A stretch of DNA of 64,000 nucleotides from Myxococcales bacterium (GCA_045863395.1 BTVJ01000001.1:96001-160000), one strand, 5' to 3'. Shown: positions 16,602 to 28,671, numbered from the stretch's first letter. Numbers and translations are program-made. Notes: generated by a model not told the origin, from the sequence alone.

Positions 16602-17201
16602 ATGACGGAGCAAATCCCACCGCGAGGCCTCGTGACCCAGACGGCGCTGGTCGTCGTCCTCGGGGCGTTGGTCGGCCTGGGTGCCCACGCCGCCAGCGCT
16701 CCGGACTTCGACGCGGCCCTGGCGCCTCCGGCCCAGGCAGACTCCTCAGAGATCGCCCGCCTGCGCGAGGAGACCCCACAGGCACCCACCAGCGACGCGG
16801 ACGTGGCGCCGGAGCGTCCCCGAGTCGTCATCCCCAAGCGCGTCTCGTTCATCGACCTCAGGTCGCAGCTCTACGCCCAGCCAGGCGTGTCGATCATCGA
16901 CGCCCGCGACCGATCATCCTACGAGGGCGGCCACATCCCCGGGTCGCTGCACCTGGACCTCGACGACCTGGAGCGCGACCCCAACGCCGGCGGCCCCGTG
17001 CTTGCCCAGGTACCCCGCACCGACGTCGTCGTGGTCTACTGCTCGGGCGGCGACTGCGACATCAGCATGCGCCTCGCACGGAAGCTGATCGCCCGGGGCT
17101 ACGACAAGGTCCTCGTGTACGAGGGCGGCTGGACGGAGTGGCTGCAGGAGGACGGGACCCGCGCGACCGGCGCTGAGCCGGGCACTCCGGACGGAGGCTG
17201 A
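16602..17201 (+). CDS. Exported or membrane-anchored rhodanese-like protein
   Basis: N-terminal hydrophobic helix; IIDAR...GGHIPGS; VVVYCSGGDC; VYEGGWTEW. Confidence 0.88.
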   Translation: MTEQIPPRGLVTQTALVVVLGALVGLGAHAASAPDFDAALAPPAQADSSEIARLREETPQAPTSDADVAPERPRVVIPKRVSFIDLRSQLYAQPGVSIIDARDRSSYEGGHIPGSLHLDLDDLERDPNAGGPVLAQVPRTDVVVVYCSGGDCDISMRLARKLIARGYDKVLVYEGGWTEWLQEDGTRATGAEPGTPDGG

Positions 17202-17203
17202 CC

Positions 17204-17674
17204 ATGGCGTGGCTTCGTCACCCGGCGCTGCTCTGGGCGAGCAGGCTCCTGCTCGGCGCCGTCTTCCTCTACGCGGCCTGGTACAAGATCACCGACCTGC
17301 CGGGGTTCGCCGCCAACATCAACAACTACGGCATGGTGCCCATCGGGCTGCTCCCCCTGTTCGCCACGGTGCTCGCGGGCGTGGAGGTCGTGACCGGCCT
17401 CGCCCTCGTGACGGGGGTGTGGCGCAAGGGGGCGGCGCTCGTCGTGTCGGCGATGCTCCTGATGTTCATCGTCGCCATCGGCGTCGCTTACGCTCGCGGC
17501 AAGAGCATCGACTGCGGCTGCTTCACGGCCGAGATGAGCGCAGAGAAGGCCGGAGAGGTGCGCGCACACATGCTGCGCCGCATCGTGGAGGATGTCGGCA
17601 TGCTCGCGCTGGGCCTCAACCTGTTCGTTCAGGACCTCACCTCCCCTCGGGTCCCGGAGCCATCCCTTGTCTGA
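17204..17674 (+). CDS. MauE/DoxX family membrane protein
   Basis: RLLLGAVFLYAAWYK, four hydrophobic helices, GKSIDCGCF motif. Confidence 0.88.
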   Translation: MAWLRHPALLWASRLLLGAVFLYAAWYKITDLPGFAANINNYGMVPIGLLPLFATVLAGVEVVTGLALVTGVWRKGAALVVSAMLLMFIVAIGVAYARGKSIDCGCFTAEMSAEKAGEVRAHMLRRIVEDVGMLALGLNLFVQDLTSPRVPEPSLV

Positions 17675-17888
17675 CGACACCCTGCTCGAGCTGCTGGTCA
17701 CCCCACACACCCACGAGCGCCTCCGCCCGGGCACCCCCGCGGAGCTGCGCCAGGCCCAAGGGATGTGGGCAGAGCGCTCCCCGGAGCCCCTCCCGGCCAT
17801 CCTCGTCACTGCGGATGGGTCCCGGGCCTGGCCGATCCTCGACGGCATCCCGGACCTCCTCTCCGAGCACGCCCTCACCCTGCGCTGA
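17667..17888 (+). CDS. Trm112-like small protein
   Basis: TTG start after GGAG; LLELLVTPHTHERL...LVTADGSRAWPILDGIPDLL fits the Trm112/UPF0434 pattern, but without zinc-binding Cys. Confidence 0.75.
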   Translation: MSDDTLLELLVTPHTHERLRPGTPAELRQAQGMWAERSPEPLPAILVTADGSRAWPILDGIPDLLSEHALTLR

Positions 17889-17898
17889 GTCCGCCCCA

Positions 17899-20800
17899 AT
17901 GAACAGCCCGGCCGACCTCGGAGGGGGGATCCGCATCCGCGGCGCCCGCCAGCACAACCTGCGCGACGTGGACGTGGACATCCCGCTCGGCCGAATCACC
18001 GTCGTGACGGGCCCGAGCGGGTCCGGGAAGTCGTCGCTGGCCTTCGACACGCTCTACGCGGAGGGGCAGCGGCGCTACGTGGAGTCGTTCAGCGCCTACG
18101 CGCGCCAGTTCATGGATCGTATGGACCGCCCCGACGTGGACGCCGTCGACGGGGTGCTGCCGGCGGTGGCCATCGACCAGACCAACGCGATTCGGTCGTC
18201 CCGGTCCACCGTGGGCACCGTCACCGAGATCGCCGACCACGTGAAGGGGCTCTACGCCAGGGCCGGGCAGCTCCACTGCGGGACTTGTGGCCTGCCCGTT
18301 CGCAGCGAGGACCCGCCGGCGGTGCTCGCGGATCTGTTGGCCAGGGCCGAGGGGCGGCGCGCCGTGGTCACGTTCCCGCTCGACGTCAGCGGCAAGGCGG
18401 CAGGCGCGGCGGCGGAGTGGCTCGTCGCGGAGGGGTTCGGGCGCCTGTGGGACGGGCGGGTGGTCGAGGTGGCCGACGCGGGGCTCCACAAGCGCAAGAA
18501 GGGCGCGCCGCCCATCGAGGTGCTGGTGGACCGGGTGGTGCTCCGGGCGGACGACGAGGCGCGGGCCCGCATCGCGGACAGCATCGAGACCGCCATGTCC
18601 CGTGGCCGGGGGCGCGTCATCGTACACGTGGAGCAGGGCGAGGGCTTCGAGGCGCGGGCCTACAGCCGCGGGCGCCACTGTGCCCGCTGCGACGTCGCCT
18701 GGCCGGACCCGGTGGAGAACCACTTCTCGTTCAACTCGCCGCTCGGCGCCTGCCCGGCGTGCAACGGCTTCGGGCGCATCATCGCCCTCGACCTGGACCT
18801 GGCCATCCCCGACCACGGCCAGACGCTGGCCGGCGGCGCGATCCGGCCCTGGACCACCGACTCCACCGAGGCCGAGCGGCGCGCGCTGGCGCGCTTCTGC
18901 GAAAAGGTCGGCATCCCCCTGGACGTGCCGTGGCGGGACCTGGACGACGACCAGCGGCGCCTGGTGGTCGACGGATCGAGGCCGCATCGGTTCCCCGGAG
19001 TGCGAGGCTGGTTCAAGTGGCTCGAGGGCAAAACCTACAAGATGCACGTGCGGGTGTTCCTGGCGCGTTATCGGGCGTATGTTCCCTGCGGGACCTGCTC
19101 AGGCGCGCGTTTTCAGCCCCATGCGCTCCTCTATCGCCTCGGAGGGCTCACCCTCGCGCAGCTCTACGCCCTCGATCTGGAGCACGCGCGGGCCTTCTTC
19201 GACGCCCTCGAGCTGACACGGGAGCAGGCAGAGGCGGTGGCCGGCCTGCTCCGGGAGGTGCGCTCGCGGCTCCGCTACTTGGTGGAGGTGGGCCTCGGGT
19301 ACCTGACCCTCGACCGGCAGTCGCGCACGCTGTCCGGCGGCGAGGTGCAGCGGGTCAACCTGACGACGGCGATCGGGAGCCACCTGGTCAACACCCTCTA
19401 CGTCCTCGACGAGCCCTCCATCGGGCTGCACCCGCGGGACAACGACCGGCTGATGGGGATCCTGGAGCGCCTGCGGGCCAACCGGAACACCATCGTGGTC
19501 GTCGAGCACGACGAGGCGATCATCATGCGGGCCGACCACGTCATCGACATGGGGCCCGGAGCGGGAGACGGCGGGGGACGCGTGGTCTACGAGGGGTCGC
19601 CGGCGGGCCTGCTCGGCGCCAGCTCTCTGACGGCCCGCTTCCTGAGCGACGGCGGACGGTCAGCGCCCCGAGCGCCCCGCCCCGGCACCGGGCACATCCG
19701 CATCCGGGGCGCCCGAGAGAACAACCTGCGCTCGCTGGACGTGGACATCCCGCTTGGGGCGCTGACGGTCGTGGCCGGGGTCAGCGGCTCGGGCAAGAGC
19801 ACGCTCGTCGAGGACGTGCTCCACCGGGGCCTGCTCCGGCAGCGGGGGGAGCCCGTCGAGGCGCCAGGTGCCCACGACGCGATCACGGGGGCCGACGGGC
19901 TCACCGCGGTGGTGCTCGTCGACCAGCGCCCCGTGGGCACGACGCCGCGGGCCAACCCGGCGACCTACGTCAAGGCGTGGAGCGCCATCCGGGAGCTGTT
20001 CGCCGCGCTGCCGGAGTCCGCGCGCCTCGGCTTCACGGGCGGGACGTTCTCGTTCAACACGGCCGGGGGGCGCTGCGACGGCTGCGAGGGCACGGGCTTC
20101 GAGCGCATCGAGATGCAGTTCCTCTCCGACGTGTTCGTGACCTGCGAGCAGTGCGGCGGGCGCCGCTTCAAAGAAGAGGTCCTCTCGGTGCGGCTCCGGG
20201 GGCGCTCCGTCGCCGACGTGCTCGACCTGACCGTCTCGGAGGCAGTGCAGTTCTTCCGGACCGAGGTCGCCGCGCGCCGCCCCCTGGAGGTGCTGGCCCA
20301 GGTCGGCCTCGACTACCTCCGCCTCGGGCAGCCTCTCAGCACGCTCTCCGGCGGGGAGGCGCAGCGCCTGAAGCTGGCCGGGCACCTCGGGGCTCGCGGC
20401 AGCACCGGGGCGCTGGTGCTGCTGGACGAGCCGACCACGGGCCTCCACGTGTCCGACGTGCGGGTGCTCATCGACAACCTCCACCGCCTGGTCGACCAGG
20501 GCAACACGGTGGTGGTCATCGAGCACCACCTGGACGTCATCGCAGCGGCGGACCACGTCATCGATCTCGGACCGGAAGGGGGGACCAGTGGGGGCGGCCT
20601 GGTGGTCGCCGGACCTCCCGAGGTGATCGCGGCCCATGAGGGGAGCCACACAGCGCGGTTCCTGCGCGCGCACCTGGGGCGGGCGGGGCTCCCCCTCGGG
20701 GTGGCGGAGGCGCCGACCGCATCGCTGCTCGCCCCGGACGACATCGAGATCCGGGGCGCCCGCGTCCACAACCTCAAGAACCTCTCCCTCCGCATACCCC

Positions 20801-23223
20801 GGGACCGGCTGGTGGTGATCACGGGCCCCAGCGGCTCCGGCAAGTCGTCGCTGGCCTTCGACCTGCTCTTCGCCGAGGGCCAGCGGCGGTTCGTGGACTG
20901 CCTCTCCCCATATGCGCGCCAGTACGTGCAGCAGCTCGCGCGGCCCGACCTGGACGAGCTCCTCGGCGTGCCGCCCACGGTCAGCATTGCCCAGCGCACG
21001 ACCCAGTCCGGCCGCCGCTCGACGGTGGCGACCATCACCGAGATCTGGCACTACCTCCGGCTGCTCTGGGCGCGCCTCGGCGTGCAGCACTGCCACCGCT
21101 GCGGTGCCAAGGCGTCGGGGCTCGGCGCCGACGAGGTCCTTGCGCGCGTGATGGCCCGGCACGAGGGCAAGGATGTACGGCTGCTCGCCCCGGTGGTGCG
21201 GGGACGCAAGGGTTTCCACAAGGACGTCATGGAGCGGGCGCGAGCGCAGGGCTTCCAGGAGCTGCGCATCGACGGCCGCCTGGTGGCCATCGGGGACGCG
21301 AAGCCCCTGGAGCGGTTCAAGGAGCACGACGTGGAGGTGGTGGTGGCCCGCTGGACCGTCGGGGCGCGACCCGCGGCTCGGGACTTCGTGGCACAGGCCC
21401 TGGAGCTGGGCAACGGCACCATCGCGGTGATGGAGGTCGAGACGAAGCGTCCTCGCACGTACAGTCGCGAGAGGTGGTGCGAAAGCTGCGAGATCGGCTT
21501 CGATCCGCCAGATCCCCGTACATTCAGCTTCAACACATCCGAGGGCGCCTGCCCCGCCTGCGACGGCACCGGAGAGGAGGGCTCCCCGGACGACGACGCC
21601 CCCCCCGGCCTCCCCTGCGCGGAGTGCGGGGGCGCGCGCCTCAAGCCCACAGCCCGGGCCGTGCGCTTCGCAGGCCGCGGCATCGCTGAAGTGGCCGCGT
21701 TGACCCCCGGGGGCCTCCTCGAGCTGCTGTCGGACTTGACGCTCACGGACCGGGAGCAGGCCATCGCCGGCCCGGCCCTGGCGGAGGTCGCCTCCCGGTG
21801 CCTGTTCCTGGAGCGGGTCGGCCTCACCTACCTGACGCTGGATCGGGGCGGGCATACGCTTTCCGGGGGCGAGGCGCAGCGGATCCGCCTTGCGAGCCAG
21901 CTCGGGGCCCAGCTCTCCGGGGTGCTCTACATCCTCGACGAGCCGACCATCGGCCTCCACCCGAGCGACAACGATCTGCTGCTCGACGCGCTGGCCGACC
22001 TGCAGCGGCGGGGCAACGGGGTCGTGATCGTCGAGCACGACGAGGCGACCATCCGCCGGGCGGCGCACATCATCGACATGGGGCCCGGGGGCGGGCTGCT
22101 GGGCGGGCACGTCACGGCCCAAGGGACGCTCGCCGACATCCTCGCCAGCGAGGCGTCCGTCACAGGGCGGTCCTTGCGCCTCGGGGCGGCGCGCTCGGTC
22201 AGGGTCCCGCGCCCTTGTCCATCCGACGGCGCGCGCATCGGCGTCAGGGGCTTCAGCCACCACAACCTCGGGAGCGTGGACGCAGACTTCCCGCTCGGGC
22301 GCCTCACGGTCGTCACGGGAGTGAGCGGCTCGGGCAAGTCGAGCCTGGTGCGCGACGGGCTCGCGCGGTCGGTGGCCGCCGCCCTGCGAGGGGAGGAGCC
22401 GCCTGCGCGGTTGAGCGGGATCGAGGCCATCGCTGCGCTGCGCGAGATTGATCAAGCGCCCATCGGAAAGACGCCGCGCAGCATCCCCGCGACCTACGTC
22501 GGGTTCTATACCGCGATCCGGGAGCTCTTCGCGGGGCTGCCCGAGGCGCGGATGCGCGGCTTCACCGCGGCCCGCTTCAGCTTCAACACCAAGGGCGGGC
22601 GCTGCGAGCACTGCGCGGGCCAGGGCCAGGTGAAGCACGAGATGAGCTTCCTGCCGGACGTCTGGGTCACCTGCGAGGTGTGTGGTGGGCGGCGCTTCGA
22701 CGAGGAGACCCTGCGCGTGCGCTACCGCGACCGCACGATCCACGACGTGCTCGCCATGACCGTCGATGAGGCGGCTGCGCTCTTCGAGCCCGTGCGGCGG
22801 GTGCGCGCCCCCTTGGCCCTGCTCTCGGACGTGGGCCTCGGATACCTGCACCTGGGGCAGGCGAGCAATGCGCTGTCCGGTGGCGAGGCACAGCGGGTGA
22901 AGCTCGTCGAGGAGCTCGCCCGGCGGGGCACGGGGAGCACCCTCTACGTCATGGACGAGCCGAGCACGGGCCTGCACCTGGACGACCTCGGGAGGCTCCT
23001 GACGGTGCTGCACCGGCTGGTGGACCGGGGGGACACGGTCGTGGTCATCGAGCACGACCTGGACGTCATCGCGGCCGCCGACTGGGTGATCGACCTGGGG
23101 CCGGGAGGAGGCGCCGACGGAGGGCGTGTCGTGTTCCAGGGGCCCCGGGAGGAGCTCGTCCGGTGCGGCGCGAGCAGGACGGCGCCGTATCTGCGCGCAC
23201 ACCTGCTGTCGGGCGCAGCGTAA
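17899..23223 (+). CDS. uvrA: Double-length excinuclease ABC subunit A (1774 aa, two UvrA units fused)
   Basis: RGARQHNL...[23 protein letters not shown]; four Walker A motifs, four LSGGE signatures and several CxxC zinc modules. The second unit starts near 20740. Confidence 0.95.
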   Translation: MNSPADLGGGIRIRGARQHNLRDVDVDIPLGRITVVTGPSGSGKSSLAFDTLYAEGQRRYVESFSAYARQFMDRMDRPDVDAVDGVLPAVAIDQTNAIRSSRSTVGTVTEIADHVKGLYARAGQLHCGTCGLPVRSEDPPAVLADLLARAEGRRAVVTFPLDVSGKAAGAAAEWLVAEGFGRLWDGRVVEVADAGLHKRKKGAPPIEVLVDRVVLRADDEARARIADSIETAMSRGRGRVIVHVEQGEGFEARAYSRGRHCARCDVAWPDPVENHFSFNSPLGACPACNGFGRIIALDLDLAIPDHGQTLAGGAIRPWTTDSTEAERRALARFCEKVGIPLDVPWRDLDDDQRRLVVDGSRPHRFPGVRGWFKWLEGKTYKMHVRVFLARYRAYVPCGTCSGARFQPHALLYRLGGLTLAQLYALDLEHARAFFDALELTREQAEAVAGLLREVRSRLRYLVEVGLGYLTLDRQSRTLSGGEVQRVNLTTAIGSHLVNTLYVLDEPSIGLHPRDNDRLMGILERLRANRNTIVVVEHDEAIIMRADHVIDMGPGAGDGGGRVVYEGSPAGLLGASSLTARFLSDGGRSAPRAPRPGTGHIRIRGARENNLRSLDVDIPLGALTVVAGVSGSGKSTLVEDVLHRGLLRQRGEPVEAPGAHDAITGADGLTAVVLVDQRPVGTTPRANPATYVKAWSAIRELFAALPESARLGFTGGTFSFNTAGGRCDGCEGTGFERIEMQFLSDVFVTCEQCGGRRFKEEVLSVRLRGRSVADVLDLTVSEAVQFFRTEVAARRPLEVLAQVGLDYLRLGQPLSTLSGGEAQRLKLAGHLGARGSTGALVLLDEPTTGLHVSDVRVLIDNLHRLVDQGNTVVVIEHHLDVIAAADHVIDLGPEGGTSGGGLVVAGPPEVIAAHEGSHTARFLRAHLGRAGLPLGVAEAPTASLLAPDDIEIRGARVHNLKNLSLRIPRDRLVVITGPSGSGKSSLAFDLLFAEGQRRFVDCLSPYARQYVQQLARPDLDELLGVPPTVSIAQRTTQSGRRSTVATITEIWHYLRLLWARLGVQHCHRCGAKASGLGADEVLARVMARHEGKDVRLLAPVVRGRKGFHKDVMERARAQGFQELRIDGRLVAIGDAKPLERFKEHDVEVVVARWTVGARPAARDFVAQALELGNGTIAVMEVETKRPRTYSRERWCESCEIGFDPPDPRTFSFNTSEGACPACDGTGEEGSPDDDAPPGLPCAECGGARLKPTARAVRFAGRGIAEVAALTPGGLLELLSDLTLTDREQAIAGPALAEVASRCLFLERVGLTYLTLDRGGHTLSGGEAQRIRLASQLGAQLSGVLYILDEPTIGLHPSDNDLLLDALADLQRRGNGVVIVEHDEATIRRAAHIIDMGPGGGLLGGHVTAQGTLADILASEASVTGRSLRLGAARSVRVPRPCPSDGARIGVRGFSHHNLGSVDADFPLGRLTVVTGVSGSGKSSLVRDGLARSVAAALRGEEPPARLSGIEAIAALREIDQAPIGKTPRSIPATYVGFYTAIRELFAGLPEARMRGFTAARFSFNTKGGRCEHCAGQGQVKHEMSFLPDVWVTCEVCGGRRFDEETLRVRYRDRTIHDVLAMTVDEAAALFEPVRRVRAPLALLSDVGLGYLHLGQASNALSGGEAQRVKLVEELARRGTGSTLYVMDEPSTGLHLDDLGRLLTVLHRLVDRGDTVVVIEHDLDVIAAADWVIDLGPGGGADGGRVVFQGPREELVRCGASRTAPYLRAHLLSGAA

Positions 23224-23379
23224 CCGTCGCCCGAACCGCCCGGAATAACGCGCCTTGCTGCGCATGTCTTGACTTTTCCGGCCACTGGGCGACCATTCGC
23301 GTTCTGTGCCTCGCTCTGGACTTCCTGCCAGACGTCAGGCGGGGGTCGCAGCCATCAACCCGACATCGGAGGTGTCGCC

Positions 23380-23910
<531 letters not shown>

Positions 23911-23949
23911 TCCACGGGCCCCGACGCTCCAGCCGGGGCGCTCGGTGCA

Positions 23950-24435
23950 TCACTCGGAGGACTGCTGCACCGCCTTCAGGTATCCCTCCGTCGCTGCTGC
24001 GGCCTGCTTGACCTTCCAGTTCCTGCTGACGACCAGGACGGAGACCAGGACGCCGACGAGCACGAGGCCCAGCACCGCGTGGACGATCTTGTACCTGGCG
24101 CCGCCCTCCTTGCGGGGCTCGTCGCGGAGCGAGCCCATGAACCGCTGCATGACGAGCTGGGCCGCGATGCCGACGACGACGAGCGTCAGCTTCATGTGGA
24201 AGCCAGGGTTCTTCAGGAGCGCGGGGTCGTCGATCAGCATCCATGTGCCCGTCCCGAGCGCGAGCACGAGCCCCGGCAGCAGCGCGCCGAAGTAGAGGCG
24301 CCGCTCGATGGCGGAGAGGCGCGTCTGGACCGCCAGCTCCTCCTTGACGTGGTAGCCGAGCATGCGAGAGAGGATCAGCAGGCTGCCCATCCAGAAGATG
24401 ACGCCGAGCAGGTGGACGACGAGGAGCCAGTTCAT
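23950..24435 (-). CDS. hemJ: HemJ/CopD-family membrane protein (putative protoporphyrinogen IX oxidase)
   Basis: MNWLLVVHLLGVIFWMGSL...YH...ERRLY...FHMKLTLV; four TM helices; GGAG RBS. Confidence 0.7.
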   Translation of the reverse strand: MNWLLVVHLLGVIFWMGSLLILSRMLGYHVKEELAVQTRLSAIERRLYFGALLPGLVLALGTGTWMLIDDPALLKNPGFHMKLTLVVVGIAAQLVMQRFMGSLRDEPRKEGGARYKIVHAVLGLVLVGVLVSVLVVSRNWKVKQAAAATEGYLKAVQQSSE

Positions 24436-24595
24436 GGGTTCTCCGGGGTTCGACGGGGTCAAGCGGCCCGCGGGGGCGCCGGTCAGCGAGGGTCGGACTA
24501 TATGCCAGGCCACCCCGTCGCGCCAATGTACCGTCCGGCCTGGATGATCGGCGCGGCGGGAGCTACCCTGGCGCTCGGAGCCACACGGAGGGATC

Positions 24596-25780
24596 ATGAG
24601 AGGACTTCGACTCCTTGGCTGCGTCACGGTGGCCGCGCTGGTCGGTTCGGCGCAGGCCGCTCGGGGCGACGCGAGGGCGCTCAAGAAGGACCTGGATGCC
24701 CTTGGAGCATGCGCCGAGGCGACCATCGAGGCCTGCCCCGCCCTCGCCCGGCTGGTCGAGGCAGGCGACGTGGCCGTCCCCGCACTGGCCGGGCGCCTCG
24801 TCGTGGGCGACGACGCGGCGCGGGTCAGCGCGGTCAAGGCGCTCGGATTCATCGGGAGCGAGGCGGCGACAGATGCGCTCCTCGCAGCTCTCCGGGAGCG
24901 CAGGGTCAGCACGGACGTGCTCGTCATCGTCGCGGAGACCCTCGGGAGGTCAGGAGCCGCGTCGGCCGTCGAGCCGCTCGTGGCGCTCCTGGCCTCGGAC
25001 GAGCCGCGTGACAAGCTGGCGGCCATCACCGCAATGTTGATGCTGCGGGCGGCGGCGACCGTGGAGCCTCTGATCCATACCCTGTCCCACCACAACCCGA
25101 ACGTACAGGTGTCAGCGGCGACCGCCCTCGGGGTCATCGGTGACCCGACCGCCGCGGCCCCGCTCACAGAGCTGCTGGGCGCTCCCACGGTGTGGCCGGT
25201 CCGGGTGGCCGTGGTGGAGGCGCTCGGCCGCATCGGAGAGCCGTGGACCGCCGGGGCCGTCGAGCCGATGCTCGCACACCCCCGCCCCGAGGTTCGCCGA
25301 GCCGCGGCACTTGGGCTCGGGGAACTCGGAGCCACGTGGGCAGGTCCAGCCCTCGTTCGGGCAGTGTCGGACCCGGACACCGTAGGAGAGGCAGCCATAG
25401 CGGTCGGCAAGCTGGGGGTCCGGGAGGCGGTACCGATGCTGGTGCGAGCGGCGCGCGAGCCGCTGACCGACGAGGCGCAGGCGCAGGTGATGGCTGCCAT
25501 TGGTGGCCTCGGGAGCGCGGAGGTGCTGCCCGACCTGGAGCCGCTCATCCAGAGCCGCCACGAGCGGCTGGTCGTCCTGACGGCAGAGGCGATGGGCCGC
25601 ATCGGGCACCCGGACGCCGCCGACGCCCTGGTCTCGCTGCTGGACTCGCGGGAGAAGGGCACCCGGGAGATCGCCGTCTGGGCGCTGGAGCAGGTCACCG
25701 GAGAGCTCCTCGGGCAGGACGCCGCCGCGTGGAGACGCTGGCTCGCCGAGCGTGACGCGCGCCGCGAGGGCACCCCGTGA
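24596..25780 (+). CDS. Exported HEAT (PBS-lyase-like) repeat protein
   Basis: Signal peptide ending AQA-A; repeated VRxAAAxALGxIG units. Confidence 0.85.
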   Translation: MRGLRLLGCVTVAALVGSAQAARGDARALKKDLDALGACAEATIEACPALARLVEAGDVAVPALAGRLVVGDDAARVSAVKALGFIGSEAATDALLAALRERRVSTDVLVIVAETLGRSGAASAVEPLVALLASDEPRDKLAAITAMLMLRAAATVEPLIHTLSHHNPNVQVSAATALGVIGDPTAAAPLTELLGAPTVWPVRVAVVEALGRIGEPWTAGAVEPMLAHPRPEVRRAAALGLGELGATWAGPALVRAVSDPDTVGEAAIAVGKLGVREAVPMLVRAAREPLTDEAQAQVMAAIGGLGSAEVLPDLEPLIQSRHERLVVLTAEAMGRIGHPDAADALVSLLDSREKGTREIAVWALEQVTGELLGQDAAAWRRWLAERDARREGTP

Positions 25781-26091
25781 TCGGGAGGCTGCTGATCTGC
25801 GCGACCTTGCTGCTCATGACACAGGTCGGGTGCAGAGACGACGGAGCTCCCGGCGCGTGCCGTCAGGTCATCGACGCCTGGTGCGGGCGCTTTGCGTCGT
25901 GCTTCGAAGAGGCGGACAGGGAGGGGTGCAACACGATGGCGGCCGCCAGCATGGGCGAGCACGGGTGCGCGGCAGCCAGCGCCGTGCGCGATCCGGGGGA
26001 GGTCGCGGAGTGCCGCGCCGCCGTGGAGGCCTTGACGTGCGACTCCCTGCGCTCGATGCCGTCCGTGTGCGGCGGGTTGTTCCTCCACTGA
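25777..26091 (+). CDS. Small Cys-rich lipoprotein
   Basis: GTG start overlapping the HEAT gene stop (GTGA); lipobox TQVG-C; 8 further Cys in the mature region. Confidence 0.75.
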   Translation: MIGRLLICATLLLMTQVGCRDDGAPGACRQVIDAWCGRFASCFEEADREGCNTMAAASMGEHGCAAASAVRDPGEVAECRAAVEALTCDSLRSMPSVCGGLFLH

Positions 26092-26262
26092 CGTCGCCCA
26101 GGTGGTGAGCACCCTGCCCGGCGTGCAGACACAACGGCCTGACTTTGGGGGTTTACGGGCCGGGCGCTTTCTGATAAGTAGAGCGGGCTCGGCGCCGCTG
26201 GCGCGGAGCGGGCGAACTTTTGCCAACGATTTCATCAACTTACCCACCCGAGAGACAGGCTC

Positions 26263-28515
26263 ATGGATGTGATCCTCGGCGCGGCGGTGCTCGTCTTTGC
26301 GGCGGCAACGCTGTACCTGTGGTTTCGTGCGGCGGAGCGTGGCCAGGAGCTGGACAAGCTCCGGGCGGCGGAGAGCGAGGCGCGGCGGGAGCTGACCACC
26401 GCGCAGAAGAAGCTCGACGACCAGCAGAAGAAGTACGGTCAGGCCGCCGACGAGCTGGCCAAGGCGCAGCAGCAGTACAAGGAGACCAAGCAACAGCTTC
26501 ACCAGTCCAAGGAGGAGCTGCAGAAGCGCAAGCCTGCCGAGAAGGAGGCCAAGAAGCGCCGAAGTCCGGGCGTTGAGGCAGACGCCCTGCACGACCGTGA
26601 GGAGCTGCGGCGCGCCCACGGCGAGCTGGAGGAGCTCGCGCGGGAGCTGGATCTCACCAGGAAAGAGCTGCGAGAGGCGAGAGCCGAGGCGGAAGAAGCG
26701 GAGCGGCGGGCGGACGAGGCCCAGCGCACGGCGACGGCCCCTGAGACGATCATCGCGCAGGCAGCCGACGGCTCGGGCGTCTCTGAGGAGCAGGTCCGCG
26801 AGGCCGTGGCCCGGGCGCGCCGGGAGGCGACGGACGCCGTCCGCGAGCGTATGCAGGGCGACATCGAGAACCTGAAGAGCCGCATCGAGCGCCTGAAGCG
26901 GGAGGTCGTGGACCGGGAGATGGAGCTCCGCCGCCTGCGCCGCAAGTCCGAGCTGACGGAGCGGGCCTACGGCATCACCGAGGGCCAGCTCGAGATGGCC
27001 CATGACCGCATCTTCTTCCTTGAGAAGGGGCGCCACCGCCGCCCGCATCGCGCGGAGGCCATGGCCGCTGCCGAGCTCCCAATGACCGGCAACGAGGACG
27101 AGACGTCTCCCATCGCGCCCGCTCAGCTCGACCAGTGGGAGCGCGAGGCCGAGGCCGAGGCCGAGGCGCGCGAGGCGCAGGCGCGCGCCGAGACAGAGGC
27201 GGCGGTGCGCGCTGCGGACGAGAGGGCGGCACACCAGGCCAAGAAGGAGACGCGGCGAAAGGCGACAGAGAAGCCGTCACCGGCCGTCGCAGCGATGAGA
27301 GACGAGCACGCAGAGGAGCTGCGCGAGTCGGCCGAGCGTGCCGCCGAAGAGGATGCGGCGACGGCTCAGGCGCCGCTCGAGACGACAGCCGACCAGGTCG
27401 CGCCTGAGCCTTACCGTGCGACACAGGACGACACTGCGGCAGGCATCGAGCTCGTCCGCGAGGCCGAGGCAGAGGAGCTGGCCCACGCCGGAGCCATCGC
27501 CGCGGAGGAGCTCGCGGGCGGAACGGACCAGGGAGCAGAGGAACCACCAGCGGCAGTGTCAGTGACGCCGTTCACCGGCGAACCCACGGACGAGGCGACG
27601 GCGCCGAGTGCGCTGGAGCCATCCGCGGGCGAGGCCCAGGTGTCTGCGGAAGACCTGGCTCGGGAGGCGGAGGCGGAAGAGCTCGCCGCGTTCGAGGCTA
27701 TCGCCTCCGAGGAAGGCGCCGCAGGAACCGAGCCCGTGGCGGCGCAGGCCCTGGAGGCGGAGGAGGCCGCGCAGCGCGAGGCCGAGGAGGCCGCACAGCG
27801 CGAGGCCGAGGAGGCCGCACAGCGCGAGGCCGAGGAGGCCGCGCAGCGCGAGGCCGAGCAGGCTGCGCAGCGCGAGGCCGAGCAGGCTGCGCAGCGCGAG
27901 GCCGAGGAGGCTGCACAGCGCGAGGCCGAGCAGGCTGCGCAGCGCGAGGCCGAGCAGGCTGCGCAGCGCGAGGCCGAGGAGGCTGCACAGCGCGAGGCCG
28001 AGCAGGCCGCGCAGCGCGAGGCCGAGCAGGCCGCGCAGCGCGAAGCCGAGCAAGCCGCGCAGCGCGAGGCCGCAGCAAGCGAGGCCGCAGAAGCCGCAGC
28101 ACGCGAGGCCGCAGAGCGCCAGGCCGCAGAGCGCCAGGCCGCAGAGCGCCAGGCCGCAGAGCGCGAGGCCGCAGAGCGCCAGGCCGCGGCACGCGAGGCC
28201 GCAGAGCGCGAGGCCGCAGAGCGCCAGGCCGCAGAGCGCGAGGCCGCGGAGCGCCAGGCCGCAGAGCGCCAGGCCGCAGAGCGCCAGGCCGCAGAGCGCG
28301 AGGCGGCACAGACCGCGGCCCGCGAAGCCTCGGAGCGCAGGGCGGCCGAAGAGCGAGCCAAGCGTGAGGCCGCAGACGCAGCGCGGGCTGCGTCCGTCGC
28401 AGCGAGTACACCTCCGCCCGCGAGCCCCGCAGCAGCACTGACCGATGACGAGCAGCGCGCCCGGCGCGAGGCACTACGGCGCAAACTGTTTGGCCTTGGC
28501 GGTGACCAGAAGTGA
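26263..28515 (+). CDS. Membrane-anchored long coiled-coil / Ala-Glu-Arg repeat protein (TolA-like composition)
   Basis: N-terminal TM helix, extended heptad-rich region, tandem EAE[EQ]AAQR and AAER[QE] repeats. Confidence 0.85.
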   Translation: MDVILGAAVLVFAAATLYLWFRAAERGQELDKLRAAESEARRELTTAQKKLDDQQKKYGQAADELAKAQQQYKETKQQLHQSKEELQKRKPAEKEAKKRRSPGVEADALHDREELRRAHGELEELARELDLTRKELREARAEAEEAERRADEAQRTATAPETIIAQAADGSGVSEEQVREAVARARREATDAVRERMQGDIENLKSRIERLKREVVDREMELRRLRRKSELTERAYGITEGQLEMAHDRIFFLEKGRHRRPHRAEAMAAAELPMTGNEDETSPIAPAQLDQWEREAEAEAEAREAQARAETEAAVRAADERAAHQAKKETRRKATEKPSPAVAAMRDEHAEELRESAERAAEEDAATAQAPLETTADQVAPEPYRATQDDTAAGIELVREAEAEELAHAGAIAAEELAGGTDQGAEEPPAAVSVTPFTGEPTDEATAPSALEPSAGEAQVSAEDLAREAEAEELAAFEAIASEEGAAGTEPVAAQALEAEEAAQREAEEAAQREAEEAAQREAEEAAQREAEQAAQREAEQAAQREAEEAAQREAEQAAQREAEQAAQREAEEAAQREAEQAAQREAEQAAQREAEQAAQREAAASEAAEAAAREAAERQAAERQAAERQAAEREAAERQAAAREAAEREAAERQAAEREAAERQAAERQAAERQAAEREAAQTAAREASERRAAEERAKREAADAARAASVAASTPPPASPAAALTDDEQRARREALRRKLFGLGGDQK
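27754..28065 (+). repeat. In-frame 24-bp tandem repeat x13 (EAE[E/Q]AAQR)
   Basis: Near-identical gaggccgag[g/c]aggc[c/t]gc[g/a]cagcgc units, counted from the translation. Confidence 0.92.
28093..28302 (+). repeat. In-frame 15-bp tandem repeat x14 (AA[E/A]R[Q/E])
   Basis: gccgcagagcgc[c/g]ag units. Confidence 0.9.
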
Positions 28516-28623
28516 TCGACAGCGGGCACCCGGTGCCCCCCCTCCCTCCTCTCGGTCACCGCGCCCACCCGCACTCCCCGTGCCCCCCGGAAGCACACCT
28601 GACGACGCCCGAAGTCTGGCGCC

Positions 28624-28652
28624 TTGACAACCGACTGACGAGTCGGTACTTT
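28624..28652 (+). promoter_or_regulatory. sigma70-type promoter with palindromic TetR operator in the spacer
   Basis: TTGACA (28624-29), 17-nt spacer, TACTTT (28647-52); perfect inverted repeat ACCGACT-gacg-AGTCGGT at 28630-28647. Confidence 0.8.
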
Positions 28653-28671
28653 CGCGAACAGTGGAGGATGC

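Noticed and set aside
17209..17898. 230-aa N-terminal extension of UvrA (2004-aa ORF)
   Set aside because: Overlaps the MauE and Trm112-like genes in other frames; UvrA homology starts at ATG 17899.
19660..23265. 1201-aa minus ORF opposite uvrA, and similar long ORFs opposite clpA, pilM and floA
   Set aside because: Typical antisense open frames of conserved high-GC genes.
23950..27234. 1094-aa minus-strand ORF
   Set aside because: Only the last 161 aa (HemJ-like) look real; the rest is antisense to three plus-strand genes.
27754..28302. Possible CRISPR array
   Set aside because: Contiguous in-frame repeats with no unique spacers, and no cas genes nearby.
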